Source: Actinomycetota bacterium | GTDB lineage: Bacteria > Actinomycetota > Actinomycetes > S36-B12 | Direction: 5' to 3' | Assembly (NCBI GenBank): GCA_046091195.1 | Contig: JBJTBD010000021.1 | Coordinates: forward strand, 3,545-67,544 | DNA length: 64,000 nt | Part shown: positions 17,556 to 27,881 of the stretch, piece after piece | How the letters are laid out: each line of letters begins with the position of its first letter | Numbering within the stretch: the first letter of the stretch is position 1 | Notes under the pieces: generated by a model | Seen by the model: the letters and a program-made list of their open reading frames with translations, nothing else | What the model was told of the DNA's origin: nothing | The model's database searches: none | Program-made: the position numbers and the translations under genes

Positions 17556-20209
17556 AGGAGTGAGCGGAGGACGAACGGGAGGATCCCACCATTTCGGTAG
17601 TAGTCAGCCTCGCCGGGGGTGTCGATGCGGACGTCGGCGGTGAAGACAATCGGGTTCCCCTCGGGTGTCCGTGCGGTTACCTCGAGTACGCGTGGCGTGA
17701 CTCCATCATTGAGGGCCTCCACGCCGGTGATATCGAAGATCTCGAGGCCTGTCAGGCCCAGGGTCGCCGCATTTTCACCGGAGCGGAACTGCAGAGGAAG
17801 TACGCCCATCCCAATCAAGTTCGACCGATGAATTCGCTCGTAGGACTCGGCAATAACGGCCTTGACCCCCAGAAGGGCGGTGCCCTTTGCGGCCCAGTCG
17901 CGACTCGACCCCGATCCATACTCGGCTCCGGCGAGGATCACCAGGGGTGTGCCAGCCGCGGCATAAGACTCCGCCGCATCGAAAATGGGCACGATCGGTG
18001 TGTCCGGACGTGTGAGATCCAGCGTGAATCCGCCTTCGACGCCGTCCACCATCCGGTTGCGCAGCCGGATGTTGGCGAAGGTTCCACGGATCATCACCTC
18101 GTGATTTCCGCGACGGGACCCGTAGGAGTTGAAATCCTTGCGGTCGACGCCGTGGGCGATCAAGTACGCACCGGCCGGGCTATCGACCTTGATCGTGCCG
18201 GCCGGCGAGATGTGATCGGTTGTCACCGAGTCGCCGAGGACCGCCAGCACGCGTGCACCGCGGATGTCGCGCACCGGGGAAGGCTCAGCCGTCATGCCGT
18301 CGAAGTACGGTGGCTTACGAACGTACGTGGACGACGGATCCCATGTGAAGAGCTCTCCTTCGGGGGTCTCCAGTGCACGCCACCGATCATCACCGGCGAA
18401 GACATCCCGATATCTCGTTACGAACATCTCCGGCGAGATGGTGGAGTCGATGACCTGCTGAACCTCCGATGTCGACGGCCAAATGTCCGAGAGCATGACG
18501 GGAGCGCCCTCCGGATCGATCCCGAGGGGTTCGTTCAACAGATTGATGTCCATGGTGCCTGCAATCGCATACGCCACGACGAGGGGCGGAGAGGCGAGAT
18601 AATTCATTTTCACATCGGGATTGATCCGACCCTCGAAATTCCGATTCCCGCTGAGCACGGACACCACGGCCAGGTCCGCCTCGTTGACCGCAGCGCTGAC
18701 TTCGGGAATCAGTGGACCCGAATTCCCGATGCAGGTGGTGCACCCGTAGCCCACGGTCTCGAATCCGAGCTTGTCGAGATACGGGGTCAAGCCCGCGCGG
18801 TCGTAATAGTCCGTCACAACCTTCGACCCGGGGGCCAGGGTCGTCTTTACCCAGGGCTTACGACTCAGTCCTCGCTCCACGGCCCGCTTGGCCACGAGTC
18901 CTGCAGCGATCATCACGGAGGGATTGCTGGTATTGGTGCACGAGGTGATTGCCGCGATCACGACTGCCCCGTGCCGGACACTCACCGGCTCTCCGTGGAT
19001 CGCGGTTCGCACTTCGGCGGCCGGGGTGTCCGTGAATCCCTCCAGCGCCTCGCGATAGGAGTTCCGCGCATCCGTCAGGAGCACACGGTCCTGTGGCCGA
19101 CGGGGTCCCGCGAGGCTCGGTTGGACCGTGGAGAGGTCAAGTTCCACGTACTCGGAGTAACGGGGCTCGTGAGCAGGGTCATGCCACAGACCCTGCACGC
19201 GTGCGTACTCCTCGACGACCTGGATGTGGTTCTCATCGCGGCCTGTCAACCTCAGATAGTCCAGGGTTGCCTGGTCGATCGGGAAAATCGCGACGGTACT
19301 GCCGTACTCCGGGCTCATATTGCCGATGGTGGCGCGATTGGCCAGGGGGACGTGCGTGACACCATCGCCGTAGAACTCGACGAACTTCCCGACCACACCG
19401 TGCTTCCGGAGCATCTGAGTGATGGTCAGAACCAGATCCGTCGCGGTGGCCCCCTCGGGCAGCTGACCGGTGAGCTTGAAGCCGACGACTCGCGGGATCA
19501 GCATCGACACCGGCTGTCCGAGCATCGCCGCTTCCGCCTCGATACCTCCGACACCCCAGCCGAGGATCCCGAGTCCGTTGACCATGGTGGTGTGCGAGTC
19601 GGTTCCCACGACGGTGTCGGGGTACGCCTGCCCGCGACGCACCATCACAACGCGTGCAAGCGATTCGATGTTCACCTGGTGGACGATGCCGGTGCCCGGG
19701 GGTACCACCTTGAATTCCTCGAACGCTGCCTGGCCCCAGCGGAGAAACTGATACCTCTCTCGGTTCCGCTCGTACTCGAGTTCGACATTCCGTGTCTCTG
19801 CATCGCCGGTGCCAAAGAAGTCGGCGATGACGGAGTGATCGATCACGAGTTCCGCAGGGGCAAGGGGTTCGATCGTCGATGGGTCGCCGCCGAGATCGGA
19901 AACCGCCTCGCGCATGGTGGCCAGATCGACGACGACCGGAACCCCGGTGAAGTCCTGCATGACGACGCGGGCGGGGGTGAACTGGATCTCCTGCGTGGGC
20001 TCGCTGCGGGGATCCCAGGAGCCGAGAGCCGTGATTGTCTCCCGGGTGACATTGGCTCCATCCTCCGTCCGGAGGAGGTTCTCCAGGAGGACCTTGTGGG
20101 TGTAGGGCAACGTCTCCCAGCCTGGAACTGAGGAGATTCGAAACACCTCGACCTCGTGGCCCGCAAGTCGCATGGTCGTACGGGCATTGAATGAATCGGG
20201 GTGCGTCAC
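17552..20209 (-). CDS. acn: aconitate hydratase
   Basis: About 885 aa with [27 protein letters not shown], a CTNTSNP Cys cluster, CTTCIGNSG and [10 protein letters not shown] prefer GTG 20209 because GGAGG lies 4 nt upstream. The track start at 20236 (TTG) overlaps the upstream gene's stop. Confidence 0.95.
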   Translation of the reverse strand: MTHPDSFNARTTMRLAGHEVEVFRISSVPGWETLPYTHKVLLENLLRTEDGANVTRETITALGSWDPRSEPTQEIQFTPARVVMQDFTGVPVVVDLATMREAVSDLGGDPSTIEPLAPAELVIDHSVIADFFGTGDAETRNVELEYERNRERYQFLRWGQAAFEEFKVVPPGTGIVHQVNIESLARVVMVRRGQAYPDTVVGTDSHTTMVNGLGILGWGVGGIEAEAAMLGQPVSMLIPRVVGFKLTGQLPEGATATDLVLTITQMLRKHGVVGKFVEFYGDGVTHVPLANRATIGNMSPEYGSTVAIFPIDQATLDYLRLTGRDENHIQVVEEYARVQGLWHDPAHEPRYSEYVELDLSTVQPSLAGPRRPQDRVLLTDARNSYREALEGFTDTPAAEVRTAIHGEPVSVRHGAVVIAAITSCTNTSNPSVMIAAGLVAKRAVERGLSRKPWVKTTLAPGSKVVTDYYDRAGLTPYLDKLGFETVGYGCTTCIGNSGPLIPEVSAAVNEADLAVVSVLSGNRNFEGRINPDVKMNYLASPPLVVAYAIAGTMDINLLNEPLGIDPEGAPVMLSDIWPSTSEVQQVIDSTISPEMFVTRYRDVFAGDDRWRALETPEGELFTWDPSSTYVRKPPYFDGMTAEPSPVRDIRGARVLAVLGDSVTTDHISPAGTIKVDSPAGAYLIAHGVDRKDFNSYGSRRGNHEVMIRGTFANIRLRNRMVDGVEGGFTLDLTRPDTPIVPIFDAAESYAAAGTPLVILAGAEYGSGSSRDWAAKGTALLGVKAVIAESYERIHRSNLIGMGVLPLQFRSGENAATLGLTGLEIFDITGVEALNDGVTPRVLEVTARTPEGNPIVFTADVRIDTPGEADYYRNGGILPFVLRSLL

Positions 20210-20232
20210 CAGACCTCCATGATGTCGAGACG

Positions 20233-21417
20233 TCAAGATAACCGATGCGTGAATGCGAGGAGCGCGACGGTCTCGACGTGGTGGGTCATGGGGAAGGCGT
20301 CAATGGGGACGACACGCTGAACCTCGTATCCCCCGGATCGGAGGATGCGGACATCGCGGGCCAGTGCAGCCGGATCGCAGGCAACGTAGATGATCCGCGG
20401 TATCGGGAGGGACATCAACTGGCGTGTAACCTCGGGCCCGCATCCGCTCCGTGGTGGATCCACCACCACTCCATGCGGGGGCTGGGCTTGATCTGCCAGC
20501 CACGTTGCGACCTTCGCGTGGTGGAGTACGACGTCAGGTCGATTGTGAAACGTGCGGCGTGCCGCGCTGCAGGCGCGGCCATCGGACTCGACCGAGTCGA
20601 CTCGGGACGCGCCTGCGCCAGCGAGGAACGCGGTGAGAAGCCCGGCTCCCGCATAGAGGTCCCACCACGTCTCCCCGGTGACCGAGCCGGCGAGACCCAC
20701 GACGGTGTCCCCCAGGTACTGCGCGAATCCACTGTGTACCTGCCAGAACGCGCCGACAGGTAACGACCAGCTCTCCGTTCCCACCGGGGTGGTGACGGCC
20801 TCTCGCACACTCGGCGAGCCCCCCTGAGCCTCGAACCTCACGATGCCGTCACTCCCGATGGCGGCCCGGAACTCCTCGCCCGGTCGGACGTCGCGCATCA
20901 CGGATGGGAGAACTCGGTCGTCGGCAATCGGGCACTCCGTGACCTCGACGATCTCGTGGGAGCGGGCTCGATGCATCCCGACTCCCCCGACGGTTCGGAG
21001 TGCGGTCATGCGGGTCCGCCACCCCAGTCCACCCGCATCTCCGGGAATCGACGTGGTCTCGGTCACGCACTCCTTGAGGTGGTCGAGCCCCATGCCTCCG
21101 AGACGCGTAAGACAGTCCACCACCACATCTCGCTTGGAACGCCGCTGATCCTCGAGGCTGACGTGCTGGAGGTCGCATCCACCGCACAATCCCGGGCCGA
21201 ACGATCTGCATGCCGGATCGGTGCGAGCGGGAGATGGAGAGATCACGGACGTGACATCCGCGAACACCACTCCGCGCGCCCGACGCGTCACGACAACCCG
21301 CACGCGCTCTCCAGGGATGCCGAAGCGAACAAACCACGTTGTGCCCTCTGCATGCGCGATGCAGGCCCCTCCTGGGACCCACCTGCCGAGATCGAGCTCG
21401 GTGCCGCGGTCACTCAC
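20233..21417 (-). CDS. class I SAM-dependent RNA (uracil-5) methyltransferase, TrmA/RumA family
   Basis: TRAM-like N-terminus ([28 protein letters not shown]), a SAM motif (DLYAGAGL) and the C-terminal VVVDPPRSG...[13 protein letters not shown]. The start was trimmed to GTG 21417, which overlaps the permease stop by 8 nt. Confidence 0.8.
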   Translation of the reverse strand: MSDRGTELDLGRWVPGGACIAHAEGTTWFVRFGIPGERVRVVVTRRARGVVFADVTSVISPSPARTDPACRSFGPGLCGGCDLQHVSLEDQRRSKRDVVVDCLTRLGGMGLDHLKECVTETTSIPGDAGGLGWRTRMTALRTVGGVGMHRARSHEIVEVTECPIADDRVLPSVMRDVRPGEEFRAAIGSDGIVRFEAQGGSPSVREAVTTPVGTESWSLPVGAFWQVHSGFAQYLGDTVVGLAGSVTGETWWDLYAGAGLLTAFLAGAGASRVDSVESDGRACSAARRTFHNRPDVVLHHAKVATWLADQAQPPHGVVVDPPRSGCGPEVTRQLMSLPIPRIIYVACDPAALARDVRILRSGGYEVQRVVPIDAFPMTHHVETVALLAFTHRLS

Positions 21418-23356
21418 CGTCGGCTGATCGGGCGTCGCTCGACTCCAGCTGCCACGGCACGCTCGTGACCATGACATTGGGCATGAACAGAAGGCGGCTC
21501 TTGAGACGGAGAGCAGATTGATTGTGCAGCAGTTGCTCCCACCAGTGACCCACCACGTACTCGGGGATAAACACCGTGATGAGGTCCCGTGGATTATCCG
21601 AGCGGATGGAACGTACGTAGTCGATGATCGGGCGTGTGACCTCGCGGTAGGGAGAATCAAGCACCCGGAGTGTCACGGGAATCTCCCGGCGACCCCACTC
21701 GGCAACCAGGTCACGAGTGTCCACGGCATCCACATTGACGGTGACAGCCTCAAGCACCGTGGGACGTGTCGCCCGGGCGTAGGCCAGCGCGCGGAGGGTG
21801 GGCTTGTGGATCTTGGAGACGAGGACGAGCGTGTGAACGCGGGCCGGTAGCACCATCTTGTCCGATGTCACCGTCGCAAGCTCGACGCGAACCCTGGCGT
21901 AGTGTCGATTGATCGACCACATGATGAATACCAGAATCGGAATAGCGACGACGACGATCCAGCCCCCGCGCGTGAACTTGGTCACCAGCATGATCACCAA
22001 CACGAGGGAAGTGAGCACGAAACCGAAACCATTGATGAGGCGTGATCTGATCATCTGGCTTCGCTCGGCCGCCGAGGCGCCGCGGAGGGCCCGATTCCAA
22101 TGCCGGATCATGCTGAACTGGCTTAACGAGAAGGCAGTGAAGACTCCGATGATGTAGAGCTGGATCAAGCCCGTGACGTCGGCCTGGTAGACGATGACCA
22201 GGATGACGGCGAGGAGTGCCAACGTGAGGATGCCGTTGCTATACGCGAGTCGATCCCCCCGGGTGTGCAGCTGACGGGGCAGGTAGCCGTCCCGAGCGAG
22301 GATCGAGCCCAGGACAGGAAAACCGTTGAAAGCAGTGTTGGCGGCGAGAGCCAGTATGAGAGCCGTCACCAAGGCGATCACAACGACCGCCCACAGTTGG
22401 TTGCCGAAGACGGCACCGGCGATCTGGACGATGACGGTCTTCTGATCCTGACCTTCCGGGAGACCGATCAAGCTGGCGTTCGACTCGGTCACCTTGACCT
22501 GGGTGGTGAGCGCGAGCCACGTGAGGCCCACGAACATGGTCATGGACAAAACGCCGAGGAGGAGCAACGTTGACGCCGCGTTCTTAGACTTTGGTTCCCG
22601 GAATTGCGGCACACCATTCGCGACTGCCTCGATTCCGGTGAGCGCGGTGGTGCCAGATGAGAAGCTGCGAGCCAGAAGGAATGCCAAGGCAAGTCCGGCG
22701 AACGCAGAATCTGGAATGACCTCCCAGGCGGCACTCTCCGCCAACATCTCATCGCCACGCAGGACCCGGAAAATCCCTGTGCCGATCATGATGAAGACAC
22801 TTGCTATGAAGAGGTAGGTGGGGATTGCGAAAAGCGACCCTGACTCCTTCACACCACGGAGGTTTATGAACGTGATCAGGATGACGGTCCCCACCGCGAA
22901 CCAGACGTTGTGGTCACTGACGAACTGAAACGTGGAACCAAGGTTGGCGATCGCCGCCGATACGGAGACCGCCACGGTCAGGACGTAGTCGATCAGAAGA
23001 GCACTTGCGACGAGAACTCCCCATTTGGGCCCCAAATTGGCCGAAACGGTTTCGTAGTCCCCACCCCCGCTCGGGTACGCCCGCACGTTCTGCCGGTAGG
23101 ACGCGATTACGGTGAAATAGAGCACGACAACCGCGACCGCGATCCACGGGCCGTAAGCAAGCAGTGACACTCCCCCGAGTGTCAGCACAATCAGGATCTC
23201 CTGCGTCGCATACGCATTCGACGAAAGGGCGTCACTCGCGAAGACCGGGAGCGCGATGCGCTTGGGAAGCAGGGTATGACCCAGATGCTCGCTTCGCAGG
23301 GCACGGCCTACGAAGAGCCGCTTCACTCCATCGGCGACGGACACGTTGCCACACAC
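21410..23356 (-). CDS. APC-family amino acid/cation permease with a long cytosolic C-terminal domain
   Basis: 648 aa. About 12 predicted TM segments are followed by a soluble tail of about 200 aa. SD GAGGAAGG lies upstream of GTG 23356. Its position next to the trkA pair matches the conserved actinobacterial arrangement (Rv2690c-like, from memory). Confidence 0.8.
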   Translation of the reverse strand: MCGNVSVADGVKRLFVGRALRSEHLGHTLLPKRIALPVFASDALSSNAYATQEILIVLTLGGVSLLAYGPWIAVAVVVLYFTVIASYRQNVRAYPSGGGDYETVSANLGPKWGVLVASALLIDYVLTVAVSVSAAIANLGSTFQFVSDHNVWFAVGTVILITFINLRGVKESGSLFAIPTYLFIASVFIMIGTGIFRVLRGDEMLAESAAWEVIPDSAFAGLALAFLLARSFSSGTTALTGIEAVANGVPQFREPKSKNAASTLLLLGVLSMTMFVGLTWLALTTQVKVTESNASLIGLPEGQDQKTVIVQIAGAVFGNQLWAVVVIALVTALILALAANTAFNGFPVLGSILARDGYLPRQLHTRGDRLAYSNGILTLALLAVILVIVYQADVTGLIQLYIIGVFTAFSLSQFSMIRHWNRALRGASAAERSQMIRSRLINGFGFVLTSLVLVIMLVTKFTRGGWIVVVAIPILVFIMWSINRHYARVRVELATVTSDKMVLPARVHTLVLVSKIHKPTLRALAYARATRPTVLEAVTVNVDAVDTRDLVAEWGRREIPVTLRVLDSPYREVTRPIIDYVRSIRSDNPRDLITVFIPEYVVGHWWEQLLHNQSALRLKSRLLFMPNVMVTSVPWQLESSDARSADGE

Positions 23357-23391
23357 TAGACCTTCCTCACGTCGCGTGTAGCGTGTGCGCC

Positions 23392-24051
23392 GTGCACATC
23401 GTGATTCTCGGTTGTGGGCGTGTCGGGTCGCTGCTGGCGCATCGGCTGGACGATCAGGGTCACTCGGTTGCGGTCATCGACATGGACGCGAAGGCATTCC
23501 GGCGGCTCGGGGAGACGTTCAGCGGCACAACAGTGACCGGAATCGGCTTTGACCGCGAGACCCTCGAAAGCGCGGGGATCACCCGTGCGCATGGTTTCGC
23601 GGCCGTGAGTAGCGGCGATAACACGAACATTCTCTCTGCGCGTGTGGCGCGGGAAACCTACAACGTCCCGCATGTGGTCGCGCGCATCTACGATCCCGGT
23701 CGCGCCGAGGTGTACGAACGCCTTGGGATTCCCACGGTGGCCACTGTCTCGTGGACAGCCGGGCAGATCATGCGTCAACTCCTCCCGTCAGGCGCCGCCC
23801 CCGAGTACGTGGACGCAAGTGGAACGATGATGCTGGCCGAGGTTCACATCGGTTCCGCGTGGCTGGGGCGCCGGGCAGCAGAGATTGAAGCGGCGGTCCC
23901 TGCACGCCTGGGATTCGTGACTCGTTACGGGACCGCTCTGTTGCCCGATGCCGACACGGTTCTTCAGCAGGGCGATCTCGTGCACCTGTTGCTCGCCCCG
24001 GCAGACCGGACTCTCGTGGAGACCATGTGCGAGAAGGGTCCGGCACGGTGA
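23392..24051 (+). CDS. trkA: Trk potassium-uptake system NAD-binding subunit (TrkA/CeoB-like)
   Basis: Starts VHIVILGCGRVGSLLAHRLDDQGHSVAVID (GxGxxG Rossmann, TrkA-N) and continues with a TrkA-C-like C-terminus. The track start at 23164 was rejected because it overlaps the divergent permease gene. Confidence 0.85.
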   Translation: MHIVILGCGRVGSLLAHRLDDQGHSVAVIDMDAKAFRRLGETFSGTTVTGIGFDRETLESAGITRAHGFAAVSSGDNTNILSARVARETYNVPHVVARIYDPGRAEVYERLGIPTVATVSWTAGQIMRQLLPSGAAPEYVDASGTMMLAEVHIGSAWLGRRAAEIEAAVPARLGFVTRYGTALLPDADTVLQQGDLVHLLLAPADRTLVETMCEKGPAR

Positions 24052-24707
24052 AGGTCGTCATCGCGGGCGCCGGCAAGGTGGGTCGAGCGATTGCGCGTGA
24101 GCTCGTCTCGAATGGACACTCGGTCCTCTTGATCGACAAGGACCCGCAGTTGGCGCGGCCAGGCGTCGTGGAGGGTGCATCCACGTTACTCGCCGACGCC
24201 TGCGAGATTGCTGCTCTTGAGGATGCGGAGTTGACGCAGTGTCAGGTTGTGGTCGCGGCCACGGGCGATGACAAGGTGAATCTCGTGGTGTCTCTTTTGG
24301 CGAAAACAGAATACGGGGTGCCCCGAGTCGTCGCCCGTGTGAATCACCCCAAGAACGAGTGGATGTTCGATGCGTCCTGGGGCGTAGACGTTGCGGTTTC
24401 AACACCACGCATGTTGTCGGCACTTGTCGAGGAGGCCGTCAGCGTCGGAGACCTCGTACGTCTCTTCACATTCCGTCAGGGTGAGGCAAATCTCGTCGAG
24501 ATCACCCTGTCGATGGACTCCCCCGTTGTCGGTGGGCGAGTGGGTGACCAGGAGTGGCCCCCCGACACCGCGTTGGTGGCGATCGTGCGAGGCCCGCACG
24601 TGATCACACCATCGCAGGATGACCCGCTGGAAGTGGGCGACGAATTGCTCTTCGTCGCGGTTCCGGATCAGGAACCGGCCCTCCAGCGGCTCCTCGGTCA
24701 CGCCTAG
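24048..24707 (+). CDS. trkA: Trk potassium-uptake system NAD-binding subunit (TrkA/CeoC-like)
   Basis: GTG 24048 overlaps the stop of the first trkA (GTGA). Starts VKVVIAGAGKVGRAIARELVSNGHSVLLID and continues with a TrkA-C domain. Confidence 0.85.
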   Translation: MKVVIAGAGKVGRAIARELVSNGHSVLLIDKDPQLARPGVVEGASTLLADACEIAALEDAELTQCQVVVAATGDDKVNLVVSLLAKTEYGVPRVVARVNHPKNEWMFDASWGVDVAVSTPRMLSALVEEAVSVGDLVRLFTFRQGEANLVEITLSMDSPVVGGRVGDQEWPPDTALVAIVRGPHVITPSQDDPLEVGDELLFVAVPDQEPALQRLLGHA

Positions 24708-25354
24708 ATCTTCTTCTCCCGCATCTGCCGATAGGTGGGAGCCAGGACCACATACGTGAAGTACGCGGCAGCAATGAATGCCGGCCACCCGAGCACGATC
24801 CGCACGATGCCGAGGAGCTCCACCTCCCCCGCGAGGTACAGGGGACCCTGGACGATTAGACGTCCAAAGAACAGGCCCACCCAGATCCAGGAGGCAGCAG
24901 AGAAGACGCGGCGGAGTTCCCGTGACGCCCTCCAGGATATTCCCTGTCCGGTCAGGAGTCCGACGATCACACCGAGGAGAGGCCAGCCCACCACGATGGA
25001 TATCAGGAACGCGGTGCCATAGACCGCGTTCGTGATGACGCCCGGGAGGAAGAAGTCCTCCGCCCTGCCGGTAAAGGCGGAGAACGCTGCTGCGATCACG
25101 ACGCCAGCCAGCCCAGCAAGAACCTGCTGCAGGCTTTTCCGCTGGATCAGCCGGAGCACGGCGAGAATCAGCGCCACGGCAACTGCCGCGATCAGGGAGA
25201 TCGGCAGCCGTTGACCGGTCACTGTGTACGCCGTGACGAAGACAGCCGTGGGCAGTCCGGAGTCCAGCATCCCCCGCCATCCACCGATCGCGCGATCGAG
25301 AATGATCCGCTCGGCGTGCAGGTCCTCGCGTGATTCTTCCTCGGACTCAGCCAC
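24704..25354 (-). CDS. DUF3159-family membrane protein
   Basis: 216 aa with an acidic N-terminus followed by several TM helices (GGWRGMLDSGLPTAVFVTAY...). Both the sequence and the position next to trkA fit DUF3159 (Rv2693c-like, from memory). Confidence 0.7.
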   Translation of the reverse strand: MAESEEESREDLHAERIILDRAIGGWRGMLDSGLPTAVFVTAYTVTGQRLPISLIAAVAVALILAVLRLIQRKSLQQVLAGLAGVVIAAAFSAFTGRAEDFFLPGVITNAVYGTAFLISIVVGWPLLGVIVGLLTGQGISWRASRELRRVFSAASWIWVGLFFGRLIVQGPLYLAGEVELLGIVRIVLGWPAFIAAAYFTYVVLAPTYRQMREKKI

Positions 25355-25649
25355 CGGTCACCTCGTGGGGGCGCAGTCGATACGTCGGGTTGTAGATGAC
25401 GAGGCGTGCCGCACCATGCGTTAATCGACCCCTCACGATGATGCGCCTGCCCGCCTCGATCCCCGGAATCGCGCGACGACCCAGCCACACCACCGTGAGC
25501 CTCCCCGTGTCGTCGGAAACTTCGATCTCAAGAGTCGGCGCCGCCTCGCGCGGGGGTACGCAGACGCTCGAGATGACCCCGGACACCTCGACGACAGATC
25601 CCGGCGCGCATGCACTCACGGGCGTGACGGATTCGGCCTCCGGCGTCAT
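25347..25649 (-). CDS. OB-fold nucleic-acid-binding domain protein
   Basis: 100 aa with a beta-rich pattern (VEVSGVISSV...LEIEVSDDTGRLTVVWLGRR.IPGIEAGRRIIVRGRL). The start overlaps the DUF3710 stop (ATGA), and the stop overlaps the DUF3159 start by 8 nt. Rv2694c-like by synteny. Confidence 0.6.
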   Translation of the reverse strand: MTPEAESVTPVSACAPGSVVEVSGVISSVCVPPREAAPTLEIEVSDDTGRLTVVWLGRRAIPGIEAGRRIIVRGRLTHGAARLVIYNPTYRLRPHEVTGG

Positions 25650-26251
25650 CGAGTCTCGGTGATCTCGGGTCCGCGCACAAATGGATCGGGGGGCGCCGGA
25701 ACGGGCTCGGGTGATGCATTCGGCATCCGCAGGGGAAGCGGTGCTCCCACCGGAAGGGCTGTATCTCCTCGCACGATGATGACCTCACGGAAGGCATCCT
25801 CGAGGGCACGCGCGGATTCCGGGTCCCGGGCCGCTCCACCGATGAACACCCCGCGGACGAACCACCGGACGCCCTCGACTCCGACGAACCGGGCTGGCTG
25901 AAGAGCACCATTGTCGTCCTTGACCTGTGCAACCAACTCGATTCCGAAGGGACCCTCGCGTTCTTCCACCAGGCCGCCAGCGGCGTTAATCGAGGACTTC
26001 AACTGCGCACGGACGTCTTCCCAGAGTCCGCCACTACGGGGCGCGGCGTAGGGATGAACCTGCACCGCTCCCTCGGGCAAGGCGAACGTGACCTGGGTGA
26101 TGACACCGGTCTTCTGGTCCGCCTGCACCTGCACCTGAAGTCCCGGGATGGCGGGCACGATCATCGAGCCCAGGTTCGTGCGCTCTAGGACCTCGCCCGG
26201 ATCGACGTCGTTGATGTCGCGCGGTCCCGCAGGCCGGGAATCATGGGTCAC
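25646..26251 (-). CDS. DUF3710-family protein
   Basis: Motifs GPRDINDVD...NLGSMIVP...YAAPRSGGLWEDVRAQL...ARFVGVEGVRWFVRGVFIGGAARDPESARALEDAFREVIIVRG match the remembered DUF3710 pattern. The start was trimmed to GTG 26251, just downstream of the dut stop. Confidence 0.7.
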   Translation of the reverse strand: MTHDSRPAGPRDINDVDPGEVLERTNLGSMIVPAIPGLQVQVQADQKTGVITQVTFALPEGAVQVHPYAAPRSGGLWEDVRAQLKSSINAAGGLVEEREGPFGIELVAQVKDDNGALQPARFVGVEGVRWFVRGVFIGGAARDPESARALEDAFREVIIVRGDTALPVGAPLPLRMPNASPEPVPAPPDPFVRGPEITETR

Positions 26252-26258
26252 GGCACCA

Positions 26259-26696
26259 CTATCGCAGGCCGGTGGACCCGAAGCCGGAGTCCCCTCGGTC
26301 ACTACCGGGCAGCGCGGACACCTCGGTAATCCGGGGTACCTGGACCTGAGTGACCAGGAGTTGGGCGATCCGGTCACCCACCTCGCAGGTCCATTCCGAC
26401 TCGCCGAGGTTGACCAGGATTACGCGAATCTCACCACGGTAGCCCGCATCGATCGTGCCAGGTGCGTTCGCAATGGTCACGCCGTGCCGTAGGGCGAGGC
26501 CGGAGCGCGGATGGACGAGTCCGACGAATCCTGCAGGGAGGGCGATGGCGAGCCCGGTACCTACGTCGGCACGTGTACCGGGGCTGAGGGTGCAGCTCTC
26601 TACCGCCCGAAGGTCCCAGCCAGCGTCGCCCGGGTGGGCACGCTCCGGGAGAACTGCGCGAGGATGGAGGCGCTCAATCAGTAGGTCCACGTCCAC
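26259..26696 (-). CDS. dut: dUTP diphosphatase
   Basis: Motifs AHPGDAGWDL, HPRSGLA, GTIDAGYRGEI and a C-terminal DRGDSGFGSTG. The track ORF extends to 27053. I trimmed it to GTG 26696, which has a GGGGAA SD upstream and gives about 145 aa. Confidence 0.9.
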   Translation of the reverse strand: MDVDLLIERLHPRAVLPERAHPGDAGWDLRAVESCTLSPGTRADVGTGLAIALPAGFVGLVHPRSGLALRHGVTIANAPGTIDAGYRGEIRVILVNLGESEWTCEVGDRIAQLLVTQVQVPRITEVSALPGSDRGDSGFGSTGLR

Positions 26697-26748
26697 GGGT
26701 TCCCCTCTGGTCACACCTCGATCGGGGTGTACGTGGACTCTAGTGAGG

Positions 26749-27234
26749 ATGGATATGACGTACCGAGAACGACTCTGGCCCGCGGCGTGGGTGTGGATGC
26801 TCATGCTCGGAGTCGCCGTGATGCTGGCATGGGCACTGGCGTTCGCACTGGGCCCTGTCTGGGGCGTCTCCATGTTTTTCGGGTGCGTACTACTCATGGT
26901 TCTCGTCGTCGGCGCCACTGTGTCAACGATCACCGTTTCCCCGTCCGGAGTGCACGTCGATCGAGCGTTCCTGCCGCGGGCGTCCATCAGCGGGGTTCGC
27001 ACCCTGGGTGGGACTGAGATGCGTATGGCGCTCCGCTCCCCGCCAGGGGCCACGTTCCTGGCCGTGCGGCCCTGGGCGTGCCGGGAGGGTGTTCTTGTGT
27101 CCCTCGATGATGCATCCGACCCTCACGCACACTGGCTTGTGAGCTCACGTCATCGAGAGGCATTCGCGCAGGCGATCCTCGAGGCCACGATGCATGGCCC
27201 ACATGACAGACTCGCGCCTGGAAGGGATGTGTGA
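26749..27234 (+). CDS. DUF3093-family membrane protein
   Basis: Sequence M(DM)TYRERLWPAAWVWMLMLGVAV... with two TM helices, followed by VHVDRAFLPRASISGVRTL...LAVRPW..EGVLVSLDDASDPHAHWLVSSRHREAFAQAI. This is the typical DUF3093 layout, divergent from dut. ATG 26755 is an alternative start. Confidence 0.65.
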   Translation: MDMTYRERLWPAAWVWMLMLGVAVMLAWALAFALGPVWGVSMFFGCVLLMVLVVGATVSTITVSPSGVHVDRAFLPRASISGVRTLGGTEMRMALRSPPGATFLAVRPWACREGVLVSLDDASDPHAHWLVSSRHREAFAQAILEATMHGPHDRLAPGRDV

Positions 27235-27494
27235 TGGCACAGAACTCAGTCGAGCCCACGCGCGTGAATCCGATGGTTCACGTGGTTGCGCCCTTGGTTG
27301 CCATCGGTGCAACGATGATCGTGCGCAAGATGCTGAATCAGGGCTACAAGCGCACAACGGGACACGCTGCGCCCGATTCGCGCGATCCAAACACCCGGCT
27401 TGCATCAACGCTCATCTGGACGGCGGTCACGGCCGCAGCCGCGGCGGTCGCGGAAGTCGCGGTCTACCGCGCCACCGCTCGGTGGATGGACTAG
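27234..27494 (+). CDS. small membrane protein, possibly DUF4235 family
   Basis: ATG 27234 lies behind GGAAGGGA and overlaps the DUF3093 stop. The 86-aa protein has an N-terminal and a C-terminal hydrophobic helix flanking a polar loop. The family call is from memory only. Confidence 0.45.
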   Translation: MAQNSVEPTRVNPMVHVVAPLVAIGATMIVRKMLNQGYKRTTGHAAPDSRDPNTRLASTLIWTAVTAAAAAVAEVAVYRATARWMD

Positions 27495-27497
27495 CCC

Positions 27498-27794
27498 CTA
27501 GGCGCACTCGGTGCAGATGGGGCCCTTCTTGCCCTCGTGATGCAACTGGCTGCGATGGTGAACCAAGAAGCAGGACATGCACGTGAACTCGTCGGATTGC
27601 TTTGGCACAACGCGAACTGCAAGGTTCTCATCCGAGAGATCCGCTCCGGGAAGCTCGAGAGTTTCGGCGAGTTCGGCCTCATCGACGTCAACCGCGCCCG
27701 AGGACTTCTCCGCACGACGTGCCTTGAGTTCCTCAAGGCTGTCCTCGGCAAGTTCCTCGTCGGTCTTGCGTGGTGCGTCGTAATCGGTGGCCAT
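27498..27794 (-). CDS. DUF4193-family protein
   Basis: MATDYDAPRKTDEELAEDSLEELK...FTCMSCFLVHHRSQL....ICTECA has an acidic N-terminus plus a C-terminal CxxC..CxxC element. ATG 27794 is preceded by a strong SD (AGGAGGGGAGCG). Rv2699c-like. Confidence 0.75.
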   Translation of the reverse strand: MATDYDAPRKTDEELAEDSLEELKARRAEKSSGAVDVDEAELAETLELPGADLSDENLAVRVVPKQSDEFTCMSCFLVHHRSQLHHEGKKGPICTECA

Positions 27795-27881
27795 CGCTCC
27801 CCTCCTGCCTCCGGATGCGGGCAGATTGTGCCCCATGACCCAGGTGGGTGCCCTCCGGGGTGTCCGATTTGGCAGGATCGT

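Noticed and set aside
17828-20131. 767-aa ORF on the plus strand, plus similar long ORFs: 5408..6691 +, 9596..10855 -, 33211..34407 -, 43895..44989 +, 45981..46991 +, 50349..51653 -, 53647..54957 +, 1915..2967 -, 35312..36157 -, 37615..38610 -, 47596..48489 +
   Set aside because: These are shadow ORFs typical of high-GC DNA. Each lies antisense to a gene with unmistakable family motifs (acn, M20 peptidase, msrB/DUF3000, psuG, metX, metY, AI-2E, nrdJ, uppP, parC and others). Their translations are Arg/Gly/Pro/His-rich with no recognisable motifs.
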